A stretch of DNA of 64,000 nt from the NCBI GenBank assembly GCA_964468825.1, contig CAYXWO010000001.1:3234-67233 (forward strand). The letters run 5' to 3'. Numbering within the stretch: the stretch's first letter is position 1; every line of letters begins with the position of its first letter. The notes under the pieces are model-generated. The model was not told where the DNA came from. It saw only the letters and a program-made list of their open reading frames with translations, and did not search any database. Below, piece by piece: positions 38,019 to 48,884 of the stretch. The position numbers and the translations under genes are program-made. This DNA is from an uncultured Candidatus Saccharibacteria bacterium. Lineage in GTDB: Bacteria > Patescibacteriota > Minisyncoccia > Phycocordibacterales > UBA5272.

Positions 38019-39074
38019 TCAACTGGTGTGTATTCCAAAGAGCGCGTACTTACTTTTGTTTTCTGTATACTCATGTATAGCTTGGTCAAGTGTAGTGACA
38101 GCCTCTACTGGGTGTTTACCAATAGTTGTTTCATCGGACAACATGAGAAATGTTGCACCATCAACTAAAGCCTCTATAGCATCGGTCATTTCTGCACGGG
38201 TTGGGATGGGTGACTCTTTCATGGAGGTTAGTATTTGTGTTGCAACAATCACAGGAGTATCCTTGCTTTTTGCTACGAGACAGAGTTCCTTTTGTGTTAA
38301 TGGTATTTTAACAGCAGGTATTTCAACACCCAAATCTCCACGCGCAAACATGACTATGTCAGATACTTCCAGGATGGTGTCTATGTTATGGAGGGCTAGC
38401 TTTGTCTCAATTTTAGAAATTATTTTCGCCTGAGACCCTAGCTCATCTAAGATTCTTCTAAGGGCAAGTATGTCCTCTTTTGTTCTTACAAAAGAAAGAG
38501 CAACAGCATCTACTTGCATGGAAGAGAGACAACCTTTCAGGTCTGTCATATCTTTTTCGGTTATTGTGTCTATAGGTATGAGGGCATCAGGAATATTAAC
38601 ACCCTTATGTCCCTCTAGCACCCCGCCTCGCACCACTTCACAGAGAGCACCATCGTCTTTTACCTCAAGGACGTTAAGTTCCATCTCTCCATCGTGAAGG
38701 AAGATAGACATGGAAGGCAATAGGTATTTGTGTATTTGCGGAACGTCAATTGCAAGAGACTCTTTAGTGCAAAGCATAGATTCACTTTTTATAAACACCT
38801 GTTCTCCCTTAATCAAGTCGAGTGATTCATTTTCAACTGCACAGACACGCATTTTTGGGCCCCTCAGGTCGATAAAAAAATTGATGTGCTTGTTCATCTC
38901 TTTGGCGACGGTGAGAATCCTTGCCTGCCTATTTTTATGCTCTTCATGGTTACCATGGCTCATATTAAATCGAAACCAAGACACATTCATAGAAATCAGT
39001 TGTTGCAGAGTTTCCTCGTTATCTAAGCTTGGTCCTGCTGTCACTATGATTGAGGGGGTTGTAAGTATGCTCAT
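38019..39074 (-). CDS. pyk: pyruvate kinase (lacks the C-terminal regulatory domain)
   Basis: RFNMSHG, DLRGPKMR, KIETK, ARGDLGVE, ATQILTSM..PTRAE..D, MLSDET. Confidence 0.92.
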   Translation of the reverse strand: MSILTTPSIIVTAGPSLDNEETLQQLISMNVSWFRFNMSHGNHEEHKNRQARILTVAKEMNKHINFFIDLRGPKMRVCAVENESLDLIKGEQVFIKSESMLCTKESLAIDVPQIHKYLLPSMSIFLHDGEMELNVLEVKDDGALCEVVRGGVLEGHKGVNIPDALIPIDTITEKDMTDLKGCLSSMQVDAVALSFVRTKEDILALRRILDELGSQAKIISKIETKLALHNIDTILEVSDIVMFARGDLGVEIPAVKIPLTQKELCLVAKSKDTPVIVATQILTSMKESPIPTRAEMTDAIEALVDGATFLMLSDETTIGKHPVEAVTTLDQAIHEYTENKSKYALFGIHTS

Positions 39075-39091
39075 ACTATATATGTGTCTGA

Positions 39092-40747
39092 CTAAAAATG
39101 TGTATCAAAATATACAGAAGGTGTTTCTTTCGTTTCTTTGTGAAGACACTTACCTTCCTCATCTATATCGTAGATAATCACACCCCCGAACATCATCTCG
39201 ACGTTTTGTATCTCATCGTCATTAATACTTTCTATATACTTTATAAGAGCGCGAAGTGCGTTTCCATGTGAGACGACAAGAATGTTTTCTCCAAGTTTCA
39301 GACGAGGGAGGATCTCGTTAACATAGTAAGGAACTATCCTTTCGTATACGTTACGTAATGTTTCTCCGTTTGGTATTGCGACATCCCAACCTCTTCGTGT
39401 CTGTTCGAAAAGTTCTTCACCAAGAATATCTTTCATTTCATGTTTGTTTTTACCCGTATAGTCGCCGTAATCACGCTCGTTTAGTGCCGCATCCCTTGTT
39501 ATTGGTACAACAGGCTGCTGTATTGTGCCAAGAATGGATGACAGCGTCTCCATGGTTCTAATTTGAAGGGATGCATAGGCTCTGTGAATTGTCATAGATC
39601 GAATAGCTTCCCCTAAGAGTCTTGCATCTTCAAAACCTTTCAGACTGAGCTTCGCATCTCTCGTTCCAGTCCAGATACCTTTCTCATTCCACTCAGATTC
39701 TGTGTGCCGCACTAGAAGAAGTTTACCTGTTGACACACTTGCTGCATGGGCTTCGTTCACGGTAACTCCTCCCAAGAAAGAAACTATATTTTCTCTGGTT
39801 GTGGCGTTAATTCTTTCTACTGCTTCCTTAGTATTATACGCAATATGTGGTGTCAAAATAACTCGCGGATGAGCTAGCAGTGAATTTATGAAGAATGATT
39901 CTTCAAGAAGTTGATGGGGTTCCCGGTAAGTGACGTCAGTAATTTTGCAGCGCTCTTTAAGTAGTCCTTCACCTTCAACGACATCCAATGCGCACGCTGC
40001 TACTTTGTTAGTATCAAGCGCAACGATAAGTGCTTTAGTATCAATCAGTTCGCCGCGCGCAGTGTTAATAATATAAACACCGGTCTTCATGAGAGAGAAC
40101 ATTTCGTTCCCAAGAAGGTGGTGATTCTCTTTTGTGAGTGGACTATGGAGAGTGATAACATCTGATCTCTTACAAAGTTCCTCCAGTGTTGTGTACTGGA
40201 ATCCGATAGTTACAGCAGCTTCTCTGTCTTCATGTGGATCAAAAGCGATGACGTCCATCCCGAACCCTTTGGCAATTTCTATTACATGTTTACCAATTTT
40301 CCCCGTACCAATTACTCCCAGTGTCTTTTTGTTAAGGTCTATGCCTCGTATCATCGAAGGTTCCACACAGACATTCTCTTTCACTGATTTTATAGTTTCT
40401 GGGATCATTCTACTAAGGCTAAGTAAGAGCGAAAAAGCATACTCAGCAACAGTGTGTTCGCCGTAACTAGGAACAACTACTACCGGAATGCCGCGTTCTT
40501 TTGCTCTTGTCATGTCCACGTTATTAAACCCAGCTGACCTGCAACTGATGAGCTTGAGTGAGGGCATCTTCTCTATGAAGCTTCCAGGAAGATTACTCGA
40601 GACAAAGATAGATACTATATCTGCATCCTGATGTAGATTATTTTCGTTAATTGATTCTGAATAAAAAGTGCATTCATGGTTTTCTAAAGAAGGGAGGAGG
40701 TGCTCTTTGTCGCCTTCATGTATATCGTAAAAATAGATTTTTGCCAT
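39092..40747 (-). CDS. fusion of D-lactate/D-2-hydroxyacid dehydrogenase and cofactor-dependent phosphoglycerate mutase
   Basis: N-part: RSAGFNNVD, GVIGTGKIG, INTARGELID, TPHIAY. C-part: LVRHTESEWN, ALNERDYGDYTG, PNGETL, SHGNALRAL. Confidence 0.9.
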   Translation of the reverse strand: MAKIYFYDIHEGDKEHLLPSLENHECTFYSESINENNLHQDADIVSIFVSSNLPGSFIEKMPSLKLISCRSAGFNNVDMTRAKERGIPVVVVPSYGEHTVAEYAFSLLLSLSRMIPETIKSVKENVCVEPSMIRGIDLNKKTLGVIGTGKIGKHVIEIAKGFGMDVIAFDPHEDREAAVTIGFQYTTLEELCKRSDVITLHSPLTKENHHLLGNEMFSLMKTGVYIINTARGELIDTKALIVALDTNKVAACALDVVEGEGLLKERCKITDVTYREPHQLLEESFFINSLLAHPRVILTPHIAYNTKEAVERINATTRENIVSFLGGVTVNEAHAASVSTGKLLLVRHTESEWNEKGIWTGTRDAKLSLKGFEDARLLGEAIRSMTIHRAYASLQIRTMETLSSILGTIQQPVVPITRDAALNERDYGDYTGKNKHEMKDILGEELFEQTRRGWDVAIPNGETLRNVYERIVPYYVNEILPRLKLGENILVVSHGNALRALIKYIESINDDEIQNVEMMFGGVIIYDIDEEGKCLHKETKETPSVYFDTHF

Positions 40748-40811
40748 ATGTATCTTTGTAGTGTAACACTTTTTTATAAAGGCTTTGAGGATATCTGTTA
40801 TACTTTCTTAC

Positions 40812-42086
40812 ATGAAGATACAGCGTCTTACGCCCCGCATGATATTAGATTCTCGAGGCTACCCCACAGTTGAAGTCGATTGTGTTTTAGAGAACGGATG
40901 CCTTGGTAGGGCAAGCGTCCCCTCAGGAGCATCCACCGGTTCCCATGAGGCAGTGGAGCTGCGTGATGGTGAGCGGGAATACAACGGTAACGGTATGAAA
41001 AAGGTTATCACTAACATACAGGGGCCAATTACAAGACTACTGGTCGGCAAAGATATCGTTTCTCAGAGAGATTTAGACTCGCTTCTCATAAAGTTGGATG
41101 GCACTGAAAACAAGGCGAATCTAGGCGCAAACGCGATGCTTGCTGTATCACTCGCGTATGCCAAGGCGTGTGCTCTTGATAAAAAGGTGCCGCTGTACAA
41201 GCATTTACGTGAGATATATGTTTGGTCAAAAGAGCCAAGGGTTCCAGTGCCACTTATTAATGTTTTGAATGGAGGAAAGCATGCGAGCTCCTCAACGGAT
41301 ATTCAAGAGTGGATGATTGTTCCACTTAGAGCCAAGTCTTTTGCTCAAGCATTAGAGCAATCAGCAGAGGTTTTTTACGCATTAAGAGACATTATGAAAA
41401 AAAGAGGGTCTTCTGCAGTTGGCGATGAAGGGGGGTTCCCTATTTCAAACGTCACATCTAATCGCGACGCTCTCACTATTTTGACAGAGGCGGTCAGTAA
41501 GACTGATCTTGTTTTAGGAGAGGATATTGGATTTGCTCTAGACGTTGCTGCTAGTGAGTTCTACTCTGACGGAGTTTATTCTTTACAAAGAGACCAAAAG
41601 TCACTTTCTGAGAGAGAGATGATCTTGTATCTACAAGAGCTCGTCCGTGACTACCCAATTGTCTCTATCGAAGATGGGTTATCTGAAGATGCTTGGGGTG
41701 GTTGGCAAGAGTTAACCAAAGTTCTAGGCGGAGCCATCCAGCTTGTAGGTGACGACCTCTTCGTTACCAATACACACTATATACAAAGAGGTGGGGACGA
41801 AGGTGTTGCAAACGCAGTTCTTATTAAACCAAATCAAATAGGAACCCTCTCAGAAACTGTTGACGCAATAGAGTTAGCACATAAACTAGGGAAGCGGGCG
41901 ATTGTGTCTCATCGGTCAGGTGAGACAGAAGATACAACTATCGCGCATCTCGCTGTCGCCTCTGGGTGTGGACAGATTAAGACTGGGTCACTTTCTCGTT
42001 CAGAAAGACTGACAAAATATAATGAGCTTATAAGGATTACCGAGGATGGGGTTCCTTATGCCTCAAAAATAGCCTATAAAAAATAG
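40812..42086 (+). CDS. eno: enolase
   Basis: DSRGYPTVEV, PSGASTG, GDEGGF, VGDDLFVTN, SHRSGETED, QIKTG. Confidence 0.97.
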   Translation: MKIQRLTPRMILDSRGYPTVEVDCVLENGCLGRASVPSGASTGSHEAVELRDGEREYNGNGMKKVITNIQGPITRLLVGKDIVSQRDLDSLLIKLDGTENKANLGANAMLAVSLAYAKACALDKKVPLYKHLREIYVWSKEPRVPVPLINVLNGGKHASSSTDIQEWMIVPLRAKSFAQALEQSAEVFYALRDIMKKRGSSAVGDEGGFPISNVTSNRDALTILTEAVSKTDLVLGEDIGFALDVAASEFYSDGVYSLQRDQKSLSEREMILYLQELVRDYPIVSIEDGLSEDAWGGWQELTKVLGGAIQLVGDDLFVTNTHYIQRGGDEGVANAVLIKPNQIGTLSETVDAIELAHKLGKRAIVSHRSGETEDTTIAHLAVASGCGQIKTGSLSRSERLTKYNELIRITEDGVPYASKIAYKK

Positions 42087-42256
42087 GCTTATTTTGGCTT
42101 ATCAAAGCCACTTGACATATTGCTCAGTCTAGATTATAAAAATATGGTACGATAGGTATTCCAGGCAATACAGATTACGACAGAAATACTGAAATGATAC
42201 AAGAAATAGATAATAATTATTGAAGTAAGAATAGTATTTAGTTTCTTTTACAACCT

Positions 42257-42853
42257 ATGAATGAAGATTACAAAGAAGAACATCTAGAAAACGAAGTGAT
42301 AGACAATGAAGAAGTAACTTTTGAAGAGGTAAACGATGAAGGAGAGATTGATGCTAAGGCAACAATCAAAAAACTTAAAGACAAGCTCAAAAAGCTTGAA
42401 GCAGAAAAGCAAGAATACTTAGATCTAAGTCAGAGGACGAGAGCTGACTATGCTAACTTTAAAAAAGAAGTAGAAGCATCTCGAATATCCGACAGGAAGT
42501 TCGCAGCTAAGCGTCTCATCGAAGATTTGCTCCCAACACTAGACTCCTATGACATGGCGAAAGGAAATAAGGAGGCCTGGGAAAAGGTGGACCAGAACTG
42601 GAGAGTTGGCATCGAATATATATTCGGACAATTACGCACAGTACTTGAAAACCAAGGTGTAGTACAGTTCGGTGCGGTCGGAGATGTGTTTGATCCTAAT
42701 CTCCATGAGAGTATGGAAATGGTCTCAGTCGCAGACGAAAAAGTAAATGACAAGATAGTAAAAGTCTTACAGAGTGGTTATAAGATGAATGAGATGATAT
42801 TAAGACCAGCACGGGTACACACAGGTCGTTACGAGGTAACTACTAAAGAATAA
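42257..42853 (+). CDS. grpE: nucleotide exchange factor GrpE
   Basis: RTRADYANFKK, FDPNLHE, QSGYKM..ILRPARV. Confidence 0.95.
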   Translation: MNEDYKEEHLENEVIDNEEVTFEEVNDEGEIDAKATIKKLKDKLKKLEAEKQEYLDLSQRTRADYANFKKEVEASRISDRKFAAKRLIEDLLPTLDSYDMAKGNKEAWEKVDQNWRVGIEYIFGQLRTVLENQGVVQFGAVGDVFDPNLHESMEMVSVADEKVNDKIVKVLQSGYKMNEMILRPARVHTGRYEVTTKE

Positions 42854-42878
42854 CTATTAACTAGCAACTATTTATACT

Positions 42879-44762
42879 ATGGCAAAAATAATTGGAATTG
42901 ACTTAGGAACAACTAACTCAGCTGTCGCAATCATCGAAGCGGGACAGCCAAAGATAATCGAAAACATTGAAGGCAATCGCACGACACCCTCAATTGTCTC
43001 AGTGAATAAGAATGGCGAACGATCTGTTGGACAGATTGCTAAACGTCAGGCAGTAACTAACCCTGAGAATACTGTGTACGGCGTGAAGCGTTTTATGGGG
43101 CACTCTTTTGCAGACAAGGAGGTGCAGACAGATATTCCTCGTGTCGCATACAAGATAAAGTCTAGTGACAATGGAGGTGTGCTTATCACTCTTGGGGGCA
43201 AGGACTCCCGCCCAGAGGAGATATCTGCTATGATTCTTCAGAAAATAAAAGCTGATGTTGAAGCAAAAACTGGTGAGCCTGTTACTCAGGCAGTGATAAC
43301 TGTTCCTGCATACTTTAACGATACACAGCGTCAAGCTACAGTGGATGCAGGTAAGATTGCCGGACTCGAAGTGATGCGTATTATCCCGGAACCAACAGCT
43401 GCAGCTCTCGCATACGGGTTTAATTCTCAAAAGAATGAGAAGATTGCGGTGTATGACTTCGGCGGAGGGACATTTGATATCTCTATCCTTGAAGTGGGCG
43501 ACGGCGTCGTGGAAGTGAAATCAGTAGATGGAGACTCTCATCTAGGTGGACGCGATATTGATCAGAAGTTCGTAGAGTATATAGCGAACGAATTCAAGAA
43601 GGATCAGGGGATTGATGTTTCCAAGGACCCCCTTGCTCTTCAGAGGTTAGATGAGGCCGCTGAGAAGGCGAAACACGAACTTTCTACCCAGATGGAGACG
43701 GAGATTAACATTCCGTTTATTACCTCAGGAGCTGACGGTCCTAAGCACTTACTCATTAAGGTGACACGTGCGAAGCTAGAAGAGATTGCAAAGGAATTCG
43801 TAGATCGTTCAATTGAAATCACAAAGAGAGCAATTGACAATTCTCCGTTTAAAAAAGAAGAGATTCACGAAATCATTATGGTTGGTGGACAGACACGTAT
43901 GCCGATGATTGTAGAAGCTGTTAAGGCGCTCTTTGGTAAGGAGCCTAACAGATCTATTAACCCAGACGAGGTGGTAGCCCTTGGTGCAGCTGTTCAAGCG
44001 GGGGTACTACAAGGAGATGTAAAGGATGTGCTCCTCCTAGATGTGATTCCTCTTTCTCTTGGTATTGAGACCATGGGTGGCGTCGCTACTAAACTTGTTG
44101 AAAAGAACATGACTATTCCTACATCAAAGTCACAGATATTTTCTACCGCAGCAGATAATCAGACATCTGTAGAAATTCACATTACTCAAGGTGAGCGTGG
44201 CATGGCATCTGATAACAAGTCTCTCGGAAGATTCATCCTAGACGGTATTCCACCAGCTCCGCGCGGGGTTCCTCAGGTAGAAGTTACTTTTGACGTGGAT
44301 GCTAACGGCATCCTCCAGGTAAAAGCTAAGGACAAGACCTCAGGTAAGGAGCAGTCTATTCGTATCGAAGCTTCATCAGGACTAAGTGATGAAGATATCA
44401 AGCGTATGCAGCAAGATGCAGAGGCGCATGCTGAAGAGGATGCGAAGAAGAAAGAATTAGCAGAAGAGAAAAACATGGCAGACGCTCTTACCCATACAGC
44501 TGAGAAGGCACTTCGCGATGCAGAAGGGAAGATTGGTGATGATGTTAAGAAGGATGTCGAGGAAAAGATAGCGGCACTTAAGACTGCGCGCGGCTCAGAC
44601 GATAAGGATACTATCAAGTCCGCATCCCAGGCACTCTCTGACGCAATGATGAAGATAGGTGAAGCTATGAAGACTGCTAACGATAATGCTACTCAAGGCG
44701 CCGATGCAGAAGCTGGAAAGGCAGGCGACGAGGCACCAAAGACCGAAGGAGAAACAAAATAA
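42879..44762 (+). CDS. dnaK: chaperone DnaK
   Basis: [32 protein letters not shown]. Confidence 0.98.
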   Translation: MAKIIGIDLGTTNSAVAIIEAGQPKIIENIEGNRTTPSIVSVNKNGERSVGQIAKRQAVTNPENTVYGVKRFMGHSFADKEVQTDIPRVAYKIKSSDNGGVLITLGGKDSRPEEISAMILQKIKADVEAKTGEPVTQAVITVPAYFNDTQRQATVDAGKIAGLEVMRIIPEPTAAALAYGFNSQKNEKIAVYDFGGGTFDISILEVGDGVVEVKSVDGDSHLGGRDIDQKFVEYIANEFKKDQGIDVSKDPLALQRLDEAAEKAKHELSTQMETEINIPFITSGADGPKHLLIKVTRAKLEEIAKEFVDRSIEITKRAIDNSPFKKEEIHEIIMVGGQTRMPMIVEAVKALFGKEPNRSINPDEVVALGAAVQAGVLQGDVKDVLLLDVIPLSLGIETMGGVATKLVEKNMTIPTSKSQIFSTAADNQTSVEIHITQGERGMASDNKSLGRFILDGIPPAPRGVPQVEVTFDVDANGILQVKAKDKTSGKEQSIRIEASSGLSDEDIKRMQQDAEAHAEEDAKKKELAEEKNMADALTHTAEKALRDAEGKIGDDVKKDVEEKIAALKTARGSDDKDTIKSASQALSDAMMKIGEAMKTANDNATQGADAEAGKAGDEAPKTEGETK

Positions 44763-44790
44763 TTAACTTGTGCTAGAATAACTTCTACCT

Positions 44791-45867
44791 ATGGCAAAAG
44801 ACTACTATACACTTCTTGGGGTAGAGAAAGGGGCTAGTAAAGACGATATTAAAAAAGCTTTTTACAAGCTTGCTGCTAAGTATCACCCTGATAAGAAAGG
44901 AGGAGACGAAGCAAAGTTCAAAGAAATTAACGAAGCATATCAGACTCTCTCTGACGAAAAGAAACGAAAGGAATACGATACCTATGGTCAAACCTTTAAT
45001 GGCGCTGGACCACAAGGGGGTGGATTTGGTGGTTTCGGAGGCTTTAATCATGGAGACTTTTCTGACATGCAGTTTGATTTCGGAGACTTGGGTGATATCT
45101 TCGGTGACATGTTCGGTGGCTTCGGAGGTTCACGTCAAAAACGAGGTCGTGATATCTCACTTGAACTTGACGTACCATTTACGGAGGCAATCTTTGGAAC
45201 GGAACGCAATGTGTTAATTTCCAAGGTGTCTGCTTGCGTCACTTGTAATGCAACTGGTGCTCGTCCGGGGACCAAGAAAAAAACATGTACAACATGTAAT
45301 GGTCAAGGTAAAGTGCGTGATGTGAAGAAGACATTCATGGGAAGCTTCCAGACCGTAAAGACTTGTGATGTATGTAACGGACAAGGACAGGTTCCAGAAG
45401 AGAAGTGTAACGACTGTCGTGGTGCAGGTGTGGTTAACAAACGTGAAGAGATTAACATCGCAATACCAGCAGGTATTTCAAACGGTGAAATGATTCGAAT
45501 GTCAGGAATGGGAGAGGCTGTTCAAGGTGGTGTTACAGGTGATCTTTATGTAAAAGTGAATGTTATCACACACAAGCTATGGAAGCGTGAAGGTAATGAT
45601 CTCGTTATTACTCACGAGATAAAACTGACTGACGCACTTCTTGGGGCTAAGCATTCAGTCGACGGGCTTGACGGCAGTATTGATGTAGAAATTATCCCAG
45701 GTGCGACACACGGCGAGACCCTTCGGGTTAAGGGTCGTGGGGTTCCTCATGTCCATGAGAAGGGTAGACGAGGGGATGTACTCGTAAAGCTCTCAATTGC
45801 CATGCCTAAGAAGCTCTCGCGAAAAGCACTCGCTTTTGTGGAGGGGCTGAAGGAAGAGGGTCTATAA
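44791..45867 (+). CDS. dnaJ: chaperone DnaJ
   Basis: J domain HPD, G/F-rich region, four CxxCxGxG-type repeats. Confidence 0.97.
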   Translation: MAKDYYTLLGVEKGASKDDIKKAFYKLAAKYHPDKKGGDEAKFKEINEAYQTLSDEKKRKEYDTYGQTFNGAGPQGGGFGGFGGFNHGDFSDMQFDFGDLGDIFGDMFGGFGGSRQKRGRDISLELDVPFTEAIFGTERNVLISKVSACVTCNATGARPGTKKKTCTTCNGQGKVRDVKKTFMGSFQTVKTCDVCNGQGQVPEEKCNDCRGAGVVNKREEINIAIPAGISNGEMIRMSGMGEAVQGGVTGDLYVKVNVITHKLWKREGNDLVITHEIKLTDALLGAKHSVDGLDGSIDVEIIPGATHGETLRVKGRGVPHVHEKGRRGDVLVKLSIAMPKKLSRKALAFVEGLKEEGL

Positions 45868-45895
45868 GAGGTAGATGTTAGATTCTAGATGAAAC

Positions 45896-45933
45896 AAAAA
45901 GAAAAGCGCGACCTTCGGTCGCGCTTTTCTTTT
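45896..45933. terminator. bidirectional terminator
   Basis: AAAAGAAAAGCGCGACC-TTC-GGTCGCGCTTTTCTTTT. Confidence 0.85.
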
Positions 45934-46002
45934 ACTTTCTCTCAACTCTCTAGTAGTATTGTTTATATCTAAGGCTGTTCTTTATACAAGAAGGGGGTAA
46001 CA

Positions 46003-46599
46003 ATGACACCGGAAGTCGAACATCTACTAGCGAGATGCGGGCTATCATCTCAAGTCGAAGAGTGTGTGAATGACATACTTTCAAGGGCTCCAAGTGAGCT
46101 CACTAATCGACTGATGGCTGCCCTGCGTGAAGTTCAGGGCAGCTCAGTACTGTTCCCTCGGCTCGAAAGGGGCAGGTGGTATGTGGTGGCGCCTGCGACT
46201 TTAGCTGACCCGCCTCGTTGTCTTCTGGGTGAGGTGTTTATCAACGGCGTCGTCACCTTCCCGGACCTTGAGCACCCACCTGCAAGCTGCTCAAAGAAAG
46301 AAAGGGAGGAGTTCGACAAACTTTATGCCAACACATTTCTGGAAAAGTTACAACAGATCCAGAATTATGCGACAGCTCTTGCTCGTGCACACGAACTGAG
46401 TGAGGCAGGGAATGAAATGTTGGCACACGCTAAAGACTTTCTCGTGCTCAGTATCTATCACGCGGAGAGGAACCATGACACAAGCGGGAGCGCAGATAGG
46501 AGAGATGAACTTGCTCCGCATATTGAGAAAATGAAAAGCTGCCTCTCCGCGCTTCGAGCAGAGCAAAAGAGACGGCACGAAGAAAAAGGCTCCCAGTGA
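46003..46599 (+). CDS. hypothetical protein (orphan)
   Basis: SD-like AAGGGGG; 198-aa ORF; terminator AAAAAGGCTC..GAGCCTTTTTTT overlapping the stop. Confidence 0.65.
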   Translation: MTPEVEHLLARCGLSSQVEECVNDILSRAPSELTNRLMAALREVQGSSVLFPRLERGRWYVVAPATLADPPRCLLGEVFINGVVTFPDLEHPPASCSKKEREEFDKLYANTFLEKLQQIQNYATALARAHELSEAGNEMLAHAKDFLVLSIYHAERNHDTSGSADRRDELAPHIEKMKSCLSALRAEQKRRHEEKGSQ

Positions 46600-46694
46600 G
46601 CCTTTTTTTGTTGTAAGTACGCATTCTTTAATGACGTCTTTCCTTTTCTACTTAAAAGAGTAGAATACGTATATTTATAGGTAATTAAGAAAGT

Positions 46695-48104
46695 ATGATA
46701 CTTATTATTTCTATAGTTTTTTATGCAGTTGTTATGTTAGCAGTAGGACTCTACGCATCTCGTAAGGTTAAGACTTCTACTGACTATGCGCTTGCTGGGA
46801 GATCTCTTCCTTTTTATATGGCCCTCGCCACCGTGTTTGCAACATGGTTTGGAAGTGAATCTATTTTAGGAACATCTACCAAGTTCGCAGAAGGAGGATT
46901 CTCCAACACCATCGAAGACCCGTTTGGATTCGCACTCTGTCTTATCATTATTGGTATTTTCTTTAACCGAAAATTATACGGTCTGAACTTCTTAACCATA
47001 GGGGATTACTTCAAGCATAGATACAATAATCTAATTGCGGTATTTCTCTCGCTTGTGATTATTGTAAGTTACTTTGGATGGGTTGCGGCACAGTTCTTAG
47101 CACTCGGTCTCGTTATCTCAACTATTTTTGCTGGTGTATCACTTCCTGTGGCTATTTTAATTTCAGCTGTAGTTGTTGTGCTCTATACATACTTTGGGGG
47201 GATGTATTCTGTGGCGACGCTTGATACAATTCAATCTGCTGTTATAGTAATTGGGCTTTCTGTTATAGCATTCTTCGTAGTTGGTGAGGTTGGAGGGTTC
47301 TCTTCACTCATTAATCAAACACCAGAGAGCTACTTTACTCTAACCCCAGGAATGAAGGGGTCAGGAATAGACTGGCTCATCTTTTTAACAGCGCTTATGA
47401 CGGCTGCGTTTGGGAGTATCCCACAGCAAGACGTTTACCAAAGGGCCATGAGTGCCAAAAGTGCTGCCGTATCTATGTGGGCGTCGGTAATTGGAGGTGT
47501 TCTATACCTCTCTATTGTAATGCTTCCTATTACTATCGCTACGGCAGCTAAGATTTTATATCCAGAGATAGCTGCAAATGATGTTGCGAATTTGCTCCTT
47601 CGTACCGTGCAAGAACACACCCCACTCCCGCTACAGATTCTTTTCTTTGGTGCTCTTATTTCTGCGATTGTGTCGACAGCGTCCGGTGCACTCTTAGCTC
47701 CTGGAACGTTACTTGCTGAAAATATCGTGAAGCCATTTTATAAAAATATTCATGACGGACTTAGGTTAAAAGTAATAAGAGTTGCGGTTGTTCTCGTTGC
47801 GTTCGTAGCGGTCCTCTTGGCGCTTAAAGATGATGTGCGTATTTATGAGTTAGTAATTAGCGCATACACGATAACTCTAGTTGCTGGTTTTATTCCTCTT
47901 GTGTTTGGGCTCTATACAAAATGGGCGAATGAATTCGGCGCCTTCTTCGCGGTGATATCCGGGATACTGTTTTGGCAGGTCGCATCATTTTCTGAGACAG
48001 AGATACCTGCGGCATTCATTGGTTTCTGTGCATCGCTTATAGCAATTATTGTTGGTTCATATGTTGGAAATCGTCTAGATAAGACACAAAGAGTCACACG
48101 TTAA
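46695..48104 (+). CDS. sodium:solute symporter family transporter
   Basis: DYALAGRSLP, ATWFGSE, QQDVYQRAMSAKS; about 13 TM helices. Confidence 0.92.
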   Translation: MILIISIVFYAVVMLAVGLYASRKVKTSTDYALAGRSLPFYMALATVFATWFGSESILGTSTKFAEGGFSNTIEDPFGFALCLIIIGIFFNRKLYGLNFLTIGDYFKHRYNNLIAVFLSLVIIVSYFGWVAAQFLALGLVISTIFAGVSLPVAILISAVVVVLYTYFGGMYSVATLDTIQSAVIVIGLSVIAFFVVGEVGGFSSLINQTPESYFTLTPGMKGSGIDWLIFLTALMTAAFGSIPQQDVYQRAMSAKSAAVSMWASVIGGVLYLSIVMLPITIATAAKILYPEIAANDVANLLLRTVQEHTPLPLQILFFGALISAIVSTASGALLAPGTLLAENIVKPFYKNIHDGLRLKVIRVAVVLVAFVAVLLALKDDVRIYELVISAYTITLVAGFIPLVFGLYTKWANEFGAFFAVISGILFWQVASFSETEIPAAFIGFCASLIAIIVGSYVGNRLDKTQRVTR

Positions 48105-48147
48105 TTGTTTTCGAAAAGAACAAGGGGTTGTGCTAGAATGGAGGTAT

Positions 48148-48882
48148 ATGGAACTATTATCATTACCACTTCTAACAATTGTATTTGCTTTGATTATTTC
48201 TGGTTTACGCGTTGTTGACCAGTATGAACGCGCTATCGTACTTACGCTAGGTAAGTTCACTTCGATGCGAAGCGCTGGTCTTACGTGGATATTCCCAGGG
48301 ATTCAGAGAATGATAAAAGTGGACATGCGTATACGAACTGTAGATATTCCTCAGCAGGAAGTGATAACTAAAGATAACGTACCTCTTAACATCAATGCTG
48401 TGGTGTACTATCAGATCGAGGATGCAGAAAAGGCTATCCTTAATATTCAAGACTACCCAACTGCTGTTGCTGATTTTTCTCAGGTTGCGCTGTGTGACGT
48501 TGTTGGAGGATTCGAACTAGATAATGTTCTCTCTGAACGAGAGGTAATAGCAGATAGAATAAAAATAATAGTTGATAAGACAACAGAAAGTTGGGGAATT
48601 AATATTACCGCAATTAAGCTCCAAGATATTGAGCTCCCTGATGACATGAAGCGCATTATGGCAAAGCAGGCAGAAAGTGAAAGAGAGAGGCGCTCTGTAA
48701 TTATTAGAGCAGAAGGAGAGCTCGAGGCATCTAAGAAGCTTGCAGAGGCAGCTAAGGTGCTAGCTGAGACAAATGGAGGTCTCGCCATGCGTACGCTTCA
48801 AACAATTGAAAAGTCTAGCAATAATACCGTGTGGGCAATACCAACAGAAATACTACAAGGCTTTGCTAACTTTAAGAAATAA
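48148..48882 (+). CDS. SPFH/stomatin (slipin) family protein
   Basis: VVDQYERAIVLTLGK, QEVITKDNV, MAKQAESERERR. Confidence 0.92.
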   Translation: MELLSLPLLTIVFALIISGLRVVDQYERAIVLTLGKFTSMRSAGLTWIFPGIQRMIKVDMRIRTVDIPQQEVITKDNVPLNINAVVYYQIEDAEKAILNIQDYPTAVADFSQVALCDVVGGFELDNVLSEREVIADRIKIIVDKTTESWGINITAIKLQDIELPDDMKRIMAKQAESERERRSVIIRAEGELEASKKLAEAAKVLAETNGGLAMRTLQTIEKSSNNTVWAIPTEILQGFANFKK

Positions 48883-48884
48883 CT

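Noticed and set aside
37855-39177. Plus-strand ORFs 37855-38433 and 38710-39177, and the many other short antisense ORFs in the track
   Set aside because: They are shadows of well-supported genes on the opposite strand or in another frame, with no motifs.
42090-42256. CIRCE/HrcA operator upstream of grpE-dnaK (also checked clpB)
   Set aside because: No TTAGCACTC-N9-GAGTGCTAA was found, and no hrcA is in the window.
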